Shown here: positions 10,105-19,265 of the stretch, in pieces
Numbering within the stretch: the stretch's first letter is position 1
Layout of the letters: every line of letters begins with the position of its first letter
Origin: Pseudomonadota bacterium
GTDB lineage: Bacteria; Myxococcota_A; UBA9042
Direction of reading: 5' to 3'
DNA length: 64,000 nt
NCBI GenBank assembly: GCA_041163625.1
Contig: JBEARB010000067.1
Coordinates: forward strand, 426 to 64,425
Made by a program: the position numbers and the translations under genes
Notes under the pieces: generated by a model
Databases searched by the model: none
What the model saw: only the letters and a program-made list of their open reading frames with translations
What the model was told of the DNA's origin: nothing

Positions 10105-10689
10105 GTGCCAATCGATTGGTGTCGAACGAATCCACCGATGTGGACCCTCGCGGTCGCCGGCAAGCTCGATTTCACCTCGCTCAACGCCGACGTGATCCGC
10201 GGCGAGACCAGCTACGAGTTCCGGCGTCTGCGCGATACGTGCCTCGAGCGCGCGCGCTGGGCGCCGATCCTCACCGCCTACGGCCGCGTCCGCACCGGAT
10301 TCGACGTGCCGACCACGCAGCCCTAACGCTTCTTCGACGTCGACGGCCTCCTCGGCGCCGCGTGGGAGCTGATGCCCTGCCTACAAGTTTGCGCCGGCGC
10401 CGGCGCCAATATCGAGCTGCTCCGCGTCAACCCCGGCCCCTACCCGCGCTCGATGGTGCACATGGGCCTCATCCTCGAGCGCTACCCCGTCCTCACCATC
10501 GGGCAGAGCGAGCGCTTCCTGCAGCTCGAGGCCGATGTCCGCGGCGAGGGTCTCGGCGGCGACCAACGCTGGACCGCCTTCCTCGACGGCATCGTACTCG
10601 CGCGCCTGTTCGGCCCGCTGATGGTCTGCGGGCAATGCCAATGGTTCGGCATGCGCGCGGACGGGCCAACGCAGGACTTCGCCGGGCTA
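10105..10689 (+). pseudogene. Disrupted ORF remnant. Two same-frame, coding-like ORFs (10105..10326 and 10372 onward) are separated by an in-frame TAA and have no proper stop before running antisense into the next gene.
   Basis: Both pieces have high GC at third codon positions. They lie in the same frame (frame 1) and are interrupted at 10324..10326. The downstream frame loses codon bias where it overlaps the 3' end of the minus-strand lipoprotein gene. I recognise no homology. Confidence 0.3.
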
Positions 10690-13020
10690 GTAGGGGATCC
10701 GCGAGAGGTCGACGGCGATCCGCTGCCAATCGTAGCCGGTCGCCTCGTAGACCTGCTGCTCGATGCGGGCGCGGGTGGTGTCGTCGAGACCGCGACCGAC
10801 CGAGAGCGCGAGCACCCACCAATGCAGCTGCTCGTCCGGCTTGCGGGCGGACTCGGCGCGGCGCACGAAGCGCTGGCCGTGCGCCGCGAGCGGCGGCCAC
10901 ACCTTGGCGGCGACGGCGTCGAGCGCGCGGCCGAAGAGCTCGGCCTGCAGCGTGGCGTCGTCGGGGAGGGCGCTCTGGCGGGCGGCCTCGACCAGCTGGC
11001 CCTTGGCCGAGATTTCGGGAGTCTCGTAGTCGACTCGGACGTCCTCGAGTCGAAACTCGCCGTGCGCGAGCTCCTGTCCGCTGACGCGATCCTTCCAGCC
11101 GATCGAGAGATCGACGTCGATGCGCAGCTCGTGCACGACGACCTCGTAGGGGTAGTCCTTCCAGATCTCCTCGCGGAGCTTCGCGGGCGTCTCGCGCGCC
11201 TTGCGCTCGGCGGCGTCGAAGCGGCGCTGGCCCTCCTGCACGCGAGCGCGGGCGGCGTCGAGCGCCGGCGCGAGCTGGCGCAGCTCGTCGCTGATCTGCC
11301 GCGACTTCCCCACGTAGTAGTCGAGTTGCTTCTGCCAGCGCTTGGCGCCGTACGACTCCGCGCAGCGCGTCGAACCGTCCGGGCACGGCGCCGGCTTGCC
11401 GCGGTAGTGCTCGGCGTTCTCCGCGTCGATGCGGGCGCGGATCTCGGCGAGCTTGCGGTCGACCTCGGCCAGGCGCGTCTCGGCGTCGTCGGCCTTCTGC
11501 TGCAGCGGGCGCAGCTGGTCGGTGGCCAAGTTCAGCGCCGTCAGCGCGGCGGCTTGCTCGTTCTGCGCCGCCTGCCAAGCCGGATTCGCGGGGAACTCGA
11601 CGTGGTCGAGGATCTTCTTGCGGCGCTCTTCGCGGCGCTGCAGGCGGACGAGCTCCCACCGCGCGACGTCGACCTGGAGCGTGCCGTCGGCCGAGCGCGC
11701 CTCGCGCCCCGCAACGACCCGGACACCCGCCTCGCCGAGCGCCGTGTCCGCGAGACGCGAGGCGATCGCGTTCTGCAGTGCGGTCGTCAAGGTCCCGCGC
11801 ACCGGCTTGGGCACCGCCGGCGTCTGCACCGCGACCGCGTAGGTCCGCGCCGCCTCGATCGTCCGCACCGACGACTCCAGGCCCTTGCCGATCGCCTTGC
11901 TGGTGCCGCCGAGCGCCGCCGCCGTGCGCCACGCGATCAGCGCAGCGCCGAAGAGCTTGCGTGCCTGCAGCTTGCGCGCCGATTTCTCGAAGGCACCGAC
12001 GGCGGCCGCGTGCGCGCGGGCGTGGGCCTTGTCGAGCGCGGCCTGGAGCTTGGCGTCGTCGGTGCCGACCTCGGCCGCCTGTCGCAGCAGCAGGAGCGCG
12101 TCGCGGCGCTTGCGCGCCTTCTCCGCCGCCTTGGCCGCGTCGAGGTGGACCTTCACCCACGACGCACGGGCCTCGGAGCGTCCGCGCAGGGCAGCCTCGT
12201 GGTTCGGGTTCTGCGTCAGCGCCTCACCGAACGCCCGCAGCGCGCGGTCGAGTTGGCCAGCCTCGAGGGCGGCTTGGCCGGTGGCGACGAGGCTGTCGGC
12301 GTCGCCGGCGGCGCGCAACTGGTCGCGCAGCTCGACCCCGCCCTGAACGTCGGCGTCCCATCGTAGCGCCTCGTCGGCCAGGGCGGCCGCCGCAGCGGCA
12401 CCGGCGGTTGGCGCGGCGGCGCGTGCTTCGCCGATCAGGCGGCGGGCCAGTCCACGCCGAGCGCGGTCCCACAGCGCCTCGGTCTGCGGGTAGTCGCGTC
12501 GCCAAGCGCGCAGCGTGCGTGCGCGTCCGGCCGCGGCGCGGTACGCCGTGAGGTCCGACCCGTCGCCGGCTCCCTCGAGACCGGTCAGCACGCGCTCGAG
12601 CTCGCGCATCCCGTTCTCGATTTCGGTGCGCAGCGCAAGCAGCCGAGACAGCGCCGCGACGACCTTCGGATCGGCCGGGGCGTACGCGCGAGCGCGGCGG
12701 TAGTGATCCGCCGCGACCGAGAGGCTGTTCGCCTCGAAGGCGATGTCGCCCCGTCGGACCGCGTCGTGCGCGGCACGACGGCGCGCTTCGCGGCCGCGCT
12801 CTTCGGCGAGTCGGCCGTCGACGGTGGTGAGCCCTGCCCGGCGGGCCGCGTCGTCGTAGGCGCCGATGGCGGCGTCGTAGTTGCCCTCGGTCAGCGCGCG
12901 ATCGCCGCGACGCAGAGTCTCGCCGACGCCGCAGCCGGCGAGGATGGCCAGCAACGCCAGGGCGACGGGCAGTCGCTGCCGCGTGGCTCGCGGGAAGGGA
13001 AGGGCGCTCGTTCGGATCAT
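10687..13020 (-). CDS. Large lipoprotein with TPR-like repeats and long coiled-coil segments.
   Basis: The signal peptide plus lipobox is LAILAGCGVG. There are TPR-like helices (GNYDAAIGAYDDAARRAG, ALEAGQLDRALRAFGEALTQNPNHEAAL) and a heptad-rich central region. It is the last gene of the minus-strand signalling cluster. Confidence 0.75.
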   Translation of the reverse strand: MIRTSALPFPRATRQRLPVALALLAILAGCGVGETLRRGDRALTEGNYDAAIGAYDDAARRAGLTTVDGRLAEERGREARRRAAHDAVRRGDIAFEANSLSVAADHYRRARAYAPADPKVVAALSRLLALRTEIENGMRELERVLTGLEGAGDGSDLTAYRAAAGRARTLRAWRRDYPQTEALWDRARRGLARRLIGEARAAAPTAGAAAAAALADEALRWDADVQGGVELRDQLRAAGDADSLVATGQAALEAGQLDRALRAFGEALTQNPNHEAALRGRSEARASWVKVHLDAAKAAEKARKRRDALLLLRQAAEVGTDDAKLQAALDKAHARAHAAAVGAFEKSARKLQARKLFGAALIAWRTAAALGGTSKAIGKGLESSVRTIEAARTYAVAVQTPAVPKPVRGTLTTALQNAIASRLADTALGEAGVRVVAGREARSADGTLQVDVARWELVRLQRREERRKKILDHVEFPANPAWQAAQNEQAAALTALNLATDQLRPLQQKADDAETRLAEVDRKLAEIRARIDAENAEHYRGKPAPCPDGSTRCAESYGAKRWQKQLDYYVGKSRQISDELRQLAPALDAARARVQEGQRRFDAAERKARETPAKLREEIWKDYPYEVVVHELRIDVDLSIGWKDRVSGQELAHGEFRLEDVRVDYETPEISAKGQLVEAARQSALPDDATLQAELFGRALDAVAAKVWPPLAAHGQRFVRRAESARKPDEQLHWWVLALSVGRGLDDTTRARIEQQVYEATGYDWQRIAVDLSRIPY

Positions 13021-13110
13021 GGTCGGCTCCCGCGCGTGTGGCCCAGCGGCGGCGGGGAAGCTACGCAGCGGGCGCGAGGACCGTCAAGCACGACGCGATG
13101 TTCGGGCGCA

Positions 13111-14571
13111 TCAGCGGGTCGCGCGGGCCGCTGCCAGGGCCGCCTCGATCGCCTCGTGACCCGAGACCACCACGCAGGCGCCCGCCGCGACCCCGTCGAG
13201 TACCCCGAACCGGTCGCCGCCGTCTTCGCCGAGCGCGACCTCGCGGCGGACGAACGCCTCGGCGCCGACGGCCTCGAAGACCCAGCGCTCGGCGCCACGA
13301 CGGATAGCCGCCGCGCGCACCATCGACAGCGTCGGATTCGCGGCCCCGAAGCGCAACAGCGCGCGCGTGCGCTGCCCCATCACCAGCCCGTGCCCCGGCG
13401 GCAACGCCGCGACCAGTCGATAGCCCGACTCGACCCGGACCAACTCGGCTTCGAGCACCAGCGGCGCCGCGACCTCGTCGGTCAGCACGAGGTCCACGCG
13501 CCCGACCGCGGACGCGTCGGCCGACAGCCCCAGACGCCCCAATTCCCGGGCCTGCAGCGGCAAGCCGACGCCCAGGGCGTCTCGGCGTCCCCACTGCAGC
13601 AACGGCGCTCCGGCTCGCACCCGCGCGCCCGGCCGGACCTGCACCGCGGCGACCACCCCGTCGTCGGGCGCGTGCAGCGCCAGCAGCGACGTCGGCGCGT
13701 CGTCGGGCCCCGCGGGCCGCCAAGGCGCGGGTACGCCGTCGCGCGGGACGGGCCGGTCCGGCAGGAGCGTCAGCAGCGCCTCGCCGGCCGTGGTGTTCGC
13801 GCCGCCGCGGGCGAAGGTCTCGCCCGCCCGCGCGACGCGACCGGCGACCGGCGACCGGACGGCCATCGGGGCCAACGCCTCGACCTCCACCTCCACCGAC
13901 TCGCCCCGTCGCAGCGGCGCCTCGGCGACCGGTTCGCAGCGCACGTCGGCGCGCACCTGCTCGGACCAGCCGAGCCGGAACGCGCCTTCGGTCCGCCGTG
14001 CCGGGCGTCGCTCCAACGGCACCGCCAGCACCCGCGTGCCGACGTCCGGGACCCGCAAGGTCAGCAAGCAGGGCAGGGTCGATAGCCGCACTCGGCCGTG
14101 GAAGAGCCCGTCGGCCCCGACGCGGGCGACCTCGTGTTCGTCGCGGTCGTCGCGGCAGCCCAAGCGCAGCGTGAGTGGTCCTTCGGCGGGGTGCGAGGGC
14201 GCGCCGGCGGCCCAGCCGACGTGGACGCCCGTGGTGGCGCCCGCCTCGACCCGATCGACACGGACCCAGACTCGCTGGCCGGCGTCCCGCAGCACGCGAT
14301 CCAGCGCCGCCGGCGGAAGCGGCCGCGCCGTGGCGGCCGCCTCGCGAGGTGGTGGTTTCGCCGGGGTCGGCGATCTGACCGCCGGGCGGGGCGCCTCCTC
14401 GGGCCCCGCCGCGCCCGCCCCGACCCGAATCTCGCCGGCCGTCGCCGCGGGCGGCGGTGGGGCCTCGGCGGGGCGGCAGCCGGGCGACATCAGCGCCGCA
14501 GCCCAGCCCAACGCCGCCAGCCGGAGGGGCCGGAACGCGGCGATGCCGGGGCGTCTCGTCGGCTCGCTCAC
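13111..14571 (-). CDS. Membrane-fusion-protein (HlyD/RND periplasmic adaptor) family lipoprotein with a Pro-rich linker.
   Basis: GTG 14571 overlaps the upstream stop (GTGA). The N-terminus is hydrophobic and followed by a PPPP linker. Biotin-lipoyl-like hairpin motifs are present (MAVRSPVAGRVARAGE, ALHAPDDGVVAAVQVRPGARVRAGAPLL). The C-terminus, WVFEAVGAEAFVRREVALGEDGGDRFGVLDGVAAGACVVVSG, is typical of MFPs. Confidence 0.7.
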   Translation of the reverse strand: MSEPTRRPGIAAFRPLRLAALGWAAALMSPGCRPAEAPPPPAATAGEIRVGAGAAGPEEAPRPAVRSPTPAKPPPREAAATARPLPPAALDRVLRDAGQRVWVRVDRVEAGATTGVHVGWAAGAPSHPAEGPLTLRLGCRDDRDEHEVARVGADGLFHGRVRLSTLPCLLTLRVPDVGTRVLAVPLERRPARRTEGAFRLGWSEQVRADVRCEPVAEAPLRRGESVEVEVEALAPMAVRSPVAGRVARAGETFARGGANTTAGEALLTLLPDRPVPRDGVPAPWRPAGPDDAPTSLLALHAPDDGVVAAVQVRPGARVRAGAPLLQWGRRDALGVGLPLQARELGRLGLSADASAVGRVDLVLTDEVAAPLVLEAELVRVESGYRLVAALPPGHGLVMGQRTRALLRFGAANPTLSMVRAAAIRRGAERWVFEAVGAEAFVRREVALGEDGGDRFGVLDGVAAGACVVVSGHEAIEAALAAARATR

Positions 14572-15545
14572 GGGGCGTCGGGGCCGTCGGTCGCGTCGAC
14601 CGCGTCGTCCGGGGTGTCCGATCGCGCGTCCATCTTCAGCAGCCGCACGCGGTCGCCGCCGGCACGGGCGGCCTCGTTGGCGGCGCGCTCGAGGACCGCA
14701 GCGATCACGTCGACATCGGGGATGTCCTCGGGGGCGTCGCACGGCAGGCCGAACGCACCGATGCTGCAGGTCACGGCGACGCGGCCCTGACTGGTCACCA
14801 CCGAATCGCTCCGGATCGCGGCCAGCAGGCGCTCGGACAGCGCGCCGAGTTGGTCGATCTTGCAACCGGGCAGCACGGCGAGGAACTCCTCGACCCCCCA
14901 CCGACCGAAGCTGTCGTAGCGCCGCAGCACGCGCCGTAGCCGCGCGGCAATCGTCGTCAGCACCGCGTCGCCGGCCTCGTGGCCGAACACGTCGTTGAAG
15001 GCGCGGAACTGGTCCACGTCGATGAGCAGCAAGCCGATGGGGGCCGCCATGCGCTTGCCGCGCGCGAGCTCGTCCTGCAGCCGTTCGGTGATGGCCCGAC
15101 GGTCGGCCAAGCCGGTGAGTAGGTCGACCCGGCTGCGGCCGATCAACTCGGCTCGCAGGCGAAGGACCTCCATCCGCGCGGCCTGGGTTCGCATCCCGAT
15201 CCGCAGGCGGAGCTCGAGCTCGTCCAGGCGCAGGGGCTTCTCGATCAGATCGTCCGCGCCGACGGTCAGCGCCGTCCGAGCCGCCTCGCGCTCACCGGGC
15301 GCTGCGGTCAGCAGCACGTACGGGGCGCGCGGGCCCAAACTGCGCAGGCGCCGCGCGAGGTCGACGCCGTCGACGCCATCGGCGCGCCAGTCGAGGATGG
15401 CGAGAGCGGGCAGCGGTTCCCGAGCGAACCGGGCCAACGCTTCCTCGCCGTCTGCGAAGGTCTCGAACGCGTGGCCGGCGCGGCCGAGCGCCTCGTGCAG
15501 CAGGACGCGAGCGACGGGATCGGCGTCGACCACCACCGCCCTCAT
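14568..15545 (-). CDS. Response regulator with REC and GGDEF domains; the diguanylate cyclase active-site motif is the non-canonical GVEEF.
   Basis: The REC domain is canonical (VVVDAD, phosphoacceptor ILD, LLTAAP, DLIEKP). An RRYD I-site lies five residues before GVEEF, in place of GG(D/E)EF. The ATG overlaps the Hpt stop codon (ATGA). Confidence 0.85.
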   Translation of the reverse strand: MRAVVVDADPVARVLLHEALGRAGHAFETFADGEEALARFAREPLPALAILDWRADGVDGVDLARRLRSLGPRAPYVLLTAAPGEREAARTALTVGADDLIEKPLRLDELELRLRIGMRTQAARMEVLRLRAELIGRSRVDLLTGLADRRAITERLQDELARGKRMAAPIGLLLIDVDQFRAFNDVFGHEAGDAVLTTIAARLRRVLRRYDSFGRWGVEEFLAVLPGCKIDQLGALSERLLAAIRSDSVVTSQGRVAVTCSIGAFGLPCDAPEDIPDVDVIAAVLERAANEAARAGGDRVRLLKMDARSDTPDDAVDATDGPDAP

Positions 15546-15904
15546 GCGCCGTCCCCGTCCCGCCAAACCTGCAACTCGGCTTGCACCGCCTGCACGGCCA
15601 CTTCGAGCTCGGACACCTGCGCGATGGCCCCGGCGGCATCGCCACGACGGGCGGCTTGTTCCACCGCGGACGCCAGCTTCCAGCTCGGTCCGGTCGTGAA
15701 GTTCGAGAGCGAGCCCTTGAGCGCGTGCGCGCAGTCGGCCAGTGTAGCGATATCGCCTGCGCCTGCCGCGTCACGGACCGCCGCGATGCGGGTCGGCAGG
15801 TGCGTCAGCATCACGCCGACCAGCTGCGTGAGGGCCCCGTGATTGCCGTGGATGCGGGCGAGCAGCCCGTCGAGGTCCAGCCCCGTGTCCTGTGGGTCGG
15901 CCAT
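15542..15904 (-). CDS. Histidine phosphotransfer (Hpt) domain protein.
   Basis: The 120-aa protein carries CAHALKGSLSNF, which matches the Hpt consensus HxLKGS with a conserved His. Confidence 0.8.
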   Translation of the reverse strand: MADPQDTGLDLDGLLARIHGNHGALTQLVGVMLTHLPTRIAAVRDAAGAGDIATLADCAHALKGSLSNFTTGPSWKLASAVEQAARRGDAAGAIAQVSELEVAVQAVQAELQVWRDGDGA

Positions 15905-15951
15905 GCTTGCCCCTCCTTTCCTCGCTTCGGGACGGTGGCCGCCCCGCGGCG

Positions 15952-17121
15952 CTAGTGCGGCCGCTTCATGTGCCGCATCCCGGGGGGAGGCGCGACTACA
16001 CCGGCCAGCGTGACACGAATCGACTCGGACGTCGCCTCCAGCCGCGGTCGGAAATCACGCAAGAGTTCGGTCGCAGTCAACCGATCGCCGGCCGCGCAGC
16101 GGGTGCCGAGCTCCAAGGCAGCGGTGGAGAGCGCGCGCAGGCCGATTCCCGCCAAACTCGCGCCGAGGGTGCGCGCCGCACGCGCTGCGGCCGCGAGGTC
16201 TCCACGCGCGAGCCCGCCGGCGACCTCGCCGAGCAGCGGCAAAGCCTTGGAACCGACCTCGGAGAGCAATTCGCGCGCGAAGTCTTCGTCCGATCCGACG
16301 TGGGCGGCGATGCGGTCGAGTTCGAGCACGGCGGTCGGCTCGCGCTGCGGTTCGCGTCGCCCGCTGCGCAGCTGCGGCAGCACGCGCATCAAGGTGGCTT
16401 CGTCCAGCGGGCCGATCGCGATCTCGTCGACCGGCACGTCCGACGGCAGTCCGGCCGAGGACGCGGCTGCATCCATCACCGCCAAGACCGGTGGGCGACG
16501 TCCCGGCAGCAGGTCCGCGGTCGCCGACTGAAGCCACGCGCGCGGGTCGTCGAACGTGCCGGCATCGAGCACGAGCAGGTCGGCGCTCTCGAGGTCGGTG
16601 CCATCGACGACGCGATGCCCCATCCGCTCGAGGGCCTCGATGGTCACTCTCAGCTCTCGGCCGCGGACGGCGATCTGCAGGCGCCGCCGCGATTCGCGGA
16701 GGAAATGCCGCGTGACCAGGGGCTCTTCGGAGCTCTTGGAGACATGGCGTCGCAGGCTGCCACCGAGATCGCCCAGCGCGCGCAGGGCATCGGCCACGTC
16801 GCGATCCGAGCATGGATGAAACAAGTAGGCCGCCAGCCCCGCCGTCCGACAGACGGCCGCGTCGCCACGGTGTCCGTTGCGGACCATCAGCCCGATCGGC
16901 ACGCGCTCCTCGGCGCGCACGGTGGTGACCAGATCCTGTACCTGGGCTCGGCCGCGCGCAGTGGAGAGCGGGGCGCAGACCAACACGGCGTCGAAGGGTT
17001 GCTGTCGGAGCAGGCCTCGCGCCGCGGTCTGCGTGGTGCAGGGCGCCACCCGGATGCCGATGCGGTGGAGCTGCTCGATGACCTCCTCGATCGGTTCCTC
17101 GGTCGGTGCGTAGAGGAGCAC
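15952..17121 (-). CDS. Pseudo-phosphorelay scaffold: two receiver-like domains, the first lacking the phosphoacceptor Asp, plus a C-terminal Hpt-like domain in which the His is replaced by Arg.
   Basis: The first REC-like region has FDAVLVCAPL, with C/A at the phospho-Asp position. The second has ADLLVLDAG. The C-terminal region, AARAARTLGASLAGIGL, aligns to the Hpt HxLKGS motif with R for H. The start is uncertain. GTG 17121 is preferred because the upstream 54 codons are Arg-rich, and the ORF could extend to 17283. Confidence 0.5.
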   Translation of the reverse strand: MLLYAPTEEPIEEVIEQLHRIGIRVAPCTTQTAARGLLRQQPFDAVLVCAPLSTARGRAQVQDLVTTVRAEERVPIGLMVRNGHRGDAAVCRTAGLAAYLFHPCSDRDVADALRALGDLGGSLRRHVSKSSEEPLVTRHFLRESRRRLQIAVRGRELRVTIEALERMGHRVVDGTDLESADLLVLDAGTFDDPRAWLQSATADLLPGRRPPVLAVMDAAASSAGLPSDVPVDEIAIGPLDEATLMRVLPQLRSGRREPQREPTAVLELDRIAAHVGSDEDFARELLSEVGSKALPLLGEVAGGLARGDLAAAARAARTLGASLAGIGLRALSTAALELGTRCAAGDRLTATELLRDFRPRLEATSESIRVTLAGVVAPPPGMRHMKRPH

Positions 17122-17484
17122 GTCCGCGAACAGCCAGGGTCCGTCGTCGTCGTGTGCAGCACCTGCCGCAGCCGTCCCGCGTCGCCGCGGACCGTCTCGG
17201 GGACGTCCGGCGCGATGCTCAGGTGCAGCTCGACGCCTTCCCGGGTGGCGCGTGGCCGCTCCCCTGGTCGGTCGCGAGCGCATCCAGACGTTCGAGCAGG
17301 GTCGCGCGGCGGATGGCGACGTCGGGGCTGGACTTCATGCGTAGATCCTACGCCAGAACATGGCGCGATCGTCCTCTCCGACGACCACGACGTCAAGGCG
17401 CGGAACTGGCGGCCCCGGCGGCCCTTGCTACCATGCGACGGATTCCCCGCGGCGCGGCCGGCCCGTGCCGCGCGTGAGGTCCGG

Positions 17485-19242
17485 ATGCGTCGTCGCCCGA
17501 TTTCGTTCGACCTGCTGGCAGCCGCCGCTGCGATCTTCGCCGTGGTGGCGTGCGGGCCGAGCCAGGAGGGGCAGACGCCGGGCGGCGGCGGTGGCGTCGT
17601 GCTCGGCGACGACGTGCTTGCCCAAGACGTCGCCGGCACCAAGGACGGTTCGGGTGGCGGCAAGTTGCCGCCCTGCGGGACCGACGCGGACTGCGAGCTG
17701 CAACTCGTCACCGAGGGCTGTGAACGCGCGCGCTGCCTCGCCGGCAAATGCGTCCTCGGCACGGCCCTCGACGGGGAGAGCTGCCAGGACGGCGACGCCT
17801 GCACCCTCGAGGATCGGTGCCTCGGCGGCACGTGCCTGCCCGGATCGCCGCGGGTCTGCGACGACGACAACCCCTGCACCGCCGACAGCTGCGCGCCCGC
17901 CGACGGCGCCTGCGTCGCGGTGCCCGTCGACGGCGCCTGCCCGGCCGGCGGCGGCTGCGCGCTCGGCGTCTGCAAGGCGGGCAGCTGCGCCGTGGTCGAC
18001 GCCTACCCGAGCGTGGACCTCGCCGGCGACGCCACCGTCGCCACGCGCGGCGTCGCCGTCGGCAGCCAGCGTCTGCTGGTGGTGTCCGGGCCCGTCGGGT
18101 CGCCGTTCTCGCCGCGGCCCTTCGCCGGCGCGATGCACTGGCTCGACCGCGCCGGCGTGCCCGTCGCCACGCTGCCGACCGCCGCGACCCGGCTCGACGA
18201 CGCCGTCGCGCTGCCCGACGGCGGCTTCGTCTTGGTCGGGGCGCTGCCCCAGCAGGCGACGATGACGGCGCCGGGCGACCTGTCCGACGGTGCCCTCGTC
18301 CGCACCGATGCTCAGGGCACGGTGCTGTGGACGGTCGGCTACGGCACGCCCGCGCGCGACGCGCTGGTGGCCGTCGATCGCCGCGGCGACGGCGGGTTGG
18401 TCGCCGTCGGCGCGCGGCACATCGCGCACGACGGCGAGCCGGGCTTGGCCGAAGGCTGGCTGCTGCTGCTCACCGCCGGTGGGCAGATCACCCTCGACTA
18501 CCACTACGCGAGCCCACAGCCGCTGCTGCTGCGGGACGTCGCGGCGGTCGGCAACGCGGCGGTGGTCGCCGGCTGGCAGCAGGTCGACGCGGGCCACCGC
18601 GCCGGTCTGCTGATGCGCGTCGGCGCGGGCGCGGGAATCGAGAAGGTTCGTCAACTCGGCGTCGGCGCGGCGGCTGTCGCGGTGCTGTACGACGCGGCCC
18701 ACGGTCGGGTGGTGGCGGCGCTCGCGCCCGACCCGGGCGGCGACGGCGCCGGCGCGGTCTGGGTCGGCGACCTCGAGCTCGAGACGCTCGCGAAGGTCAG
18801 CACCGCGCCGCTGCACGTCGGCGCAGATCGCTTCGTTCCCGTAGGCTTGCAGCCCGGCGTCGGCGGCTGGCGGCTGGTCGGCACGCGCGGCGTCGGCACC
18901 ACGCTGGTCGCCGGGCTGGGGCCCTTCGCGGCGCTGCAGTGGTGGCGCGAGGTGCCGACGTTGAGCGGTCCGGCGTGGGTCGCGAGCGACGCCGGCGCGC
19001 TCTGGCTGGCCGGTGCGGCGCCCTCGACCTCCGCGCCGCGGCTTTGCCGCGTCGACGGCTTCGGCTATAGCGCTTGCACCACGGCCGGTGCGTGCGCGGC
19101 CGAGGCGGCCACGGGGTGCGACGACGGCGACCCCTGTTCGGCCGATTCATGCGAGCCGATCGCCGGTTGCGTCCACGACGCGCTCGGCGACGGCACTGTC
19201 TGCGGGGTCGCCAAGACCTGCGCCCTCGGCGTCTGTCCCTAG
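17485..19242 (+). CDS. Lipoprotein with N-terminal Myxococcus-type cysteine-rich repeats and a C-terminal beta-propeller-like domain.
   Basis: ATG 17485 is followed by the signal peptide plus lipobox AVVACG. The repeats are CQDGDACTLEDRCLGGTC and CDDDNPCTADSCAPADGAC, and similar repeats recur at the C-terminus. It ends 23 bp before hisG. Confidence 0.75.
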   Translation: MRRRPISFDLLAAAAAIFAVVACGPSQEGQTPGGGGGVVLGDDVLAQDVAGTKDGSGGGKLPPCGTDADCELQLVTEGCERARCLAGKCVLGTALDGESCQDGDACTLEDRCLGGTCLPGSPRVCDDDNPCTADSCAPADGACVAVPVDGACPAGGGCALGVCKAGSCAVVDAYPSVDLAGDATVATRGVAVGSQRLLVVSGPVGSPFSPRPFAGAMHWLDRAGVPVATLPTAATRLDDAVALPDGGFVLVGALPQQATMTAPGDLSDGALVRTDAQGTVLWTVGYGTPARDALVAVDRRGDGGLVAVGARHIAHDGEPGLAEGWLLLLTAGGQITLDYHYASPQPLLLRDVAAVGNAAVVAGWQQVDAGHRAGLLMRVGAGAGIEKVRQLGVGAAAVAVLYDAAHGRVVAALAPDPGGDGAGAVWVGDLELETLAKVSTAPLHVGADRFVPVGLQPGVGGWRLVGTRGVGTTLVAGLGPFAALQWWREVPTLSGPAWVASDAGALWLAGAAPSTSAPRLCRVDGFGYSACTTAGACAAEAATGCDDGDPCSADSCEPIAGCVHDALGDGTVCGVAKTCALGVCP

Positions 19243-19265
19243 CGGCGGCGCCGGAGAGGAGTCCG

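Noticed and set aside
10381-10641. The 86-aa minus-strand ORF opposite the disrupted ORF near the tRNA.
   Set aside because: Its codon bias is weaker than the plus-strand frame, and it has neither homology nor an RBS.
12703-14085. The 460-aa plus-strand ORF antisense to the MFP gene.
   Set aside because: Its composition is Arg/Gly-rich with no homology. The opposite strand encodes a recognisable HlyD-family protein.
15892-17484. The first 530 codons of the 1116-aa ORF 15892..19242.
   Set aside because: This segment is antisense to the pseudo-receiver gene and Arg-rich. A clean ATG plus lipoprotein signal peptide begins at 17485, so only 17485..19242 was kept.
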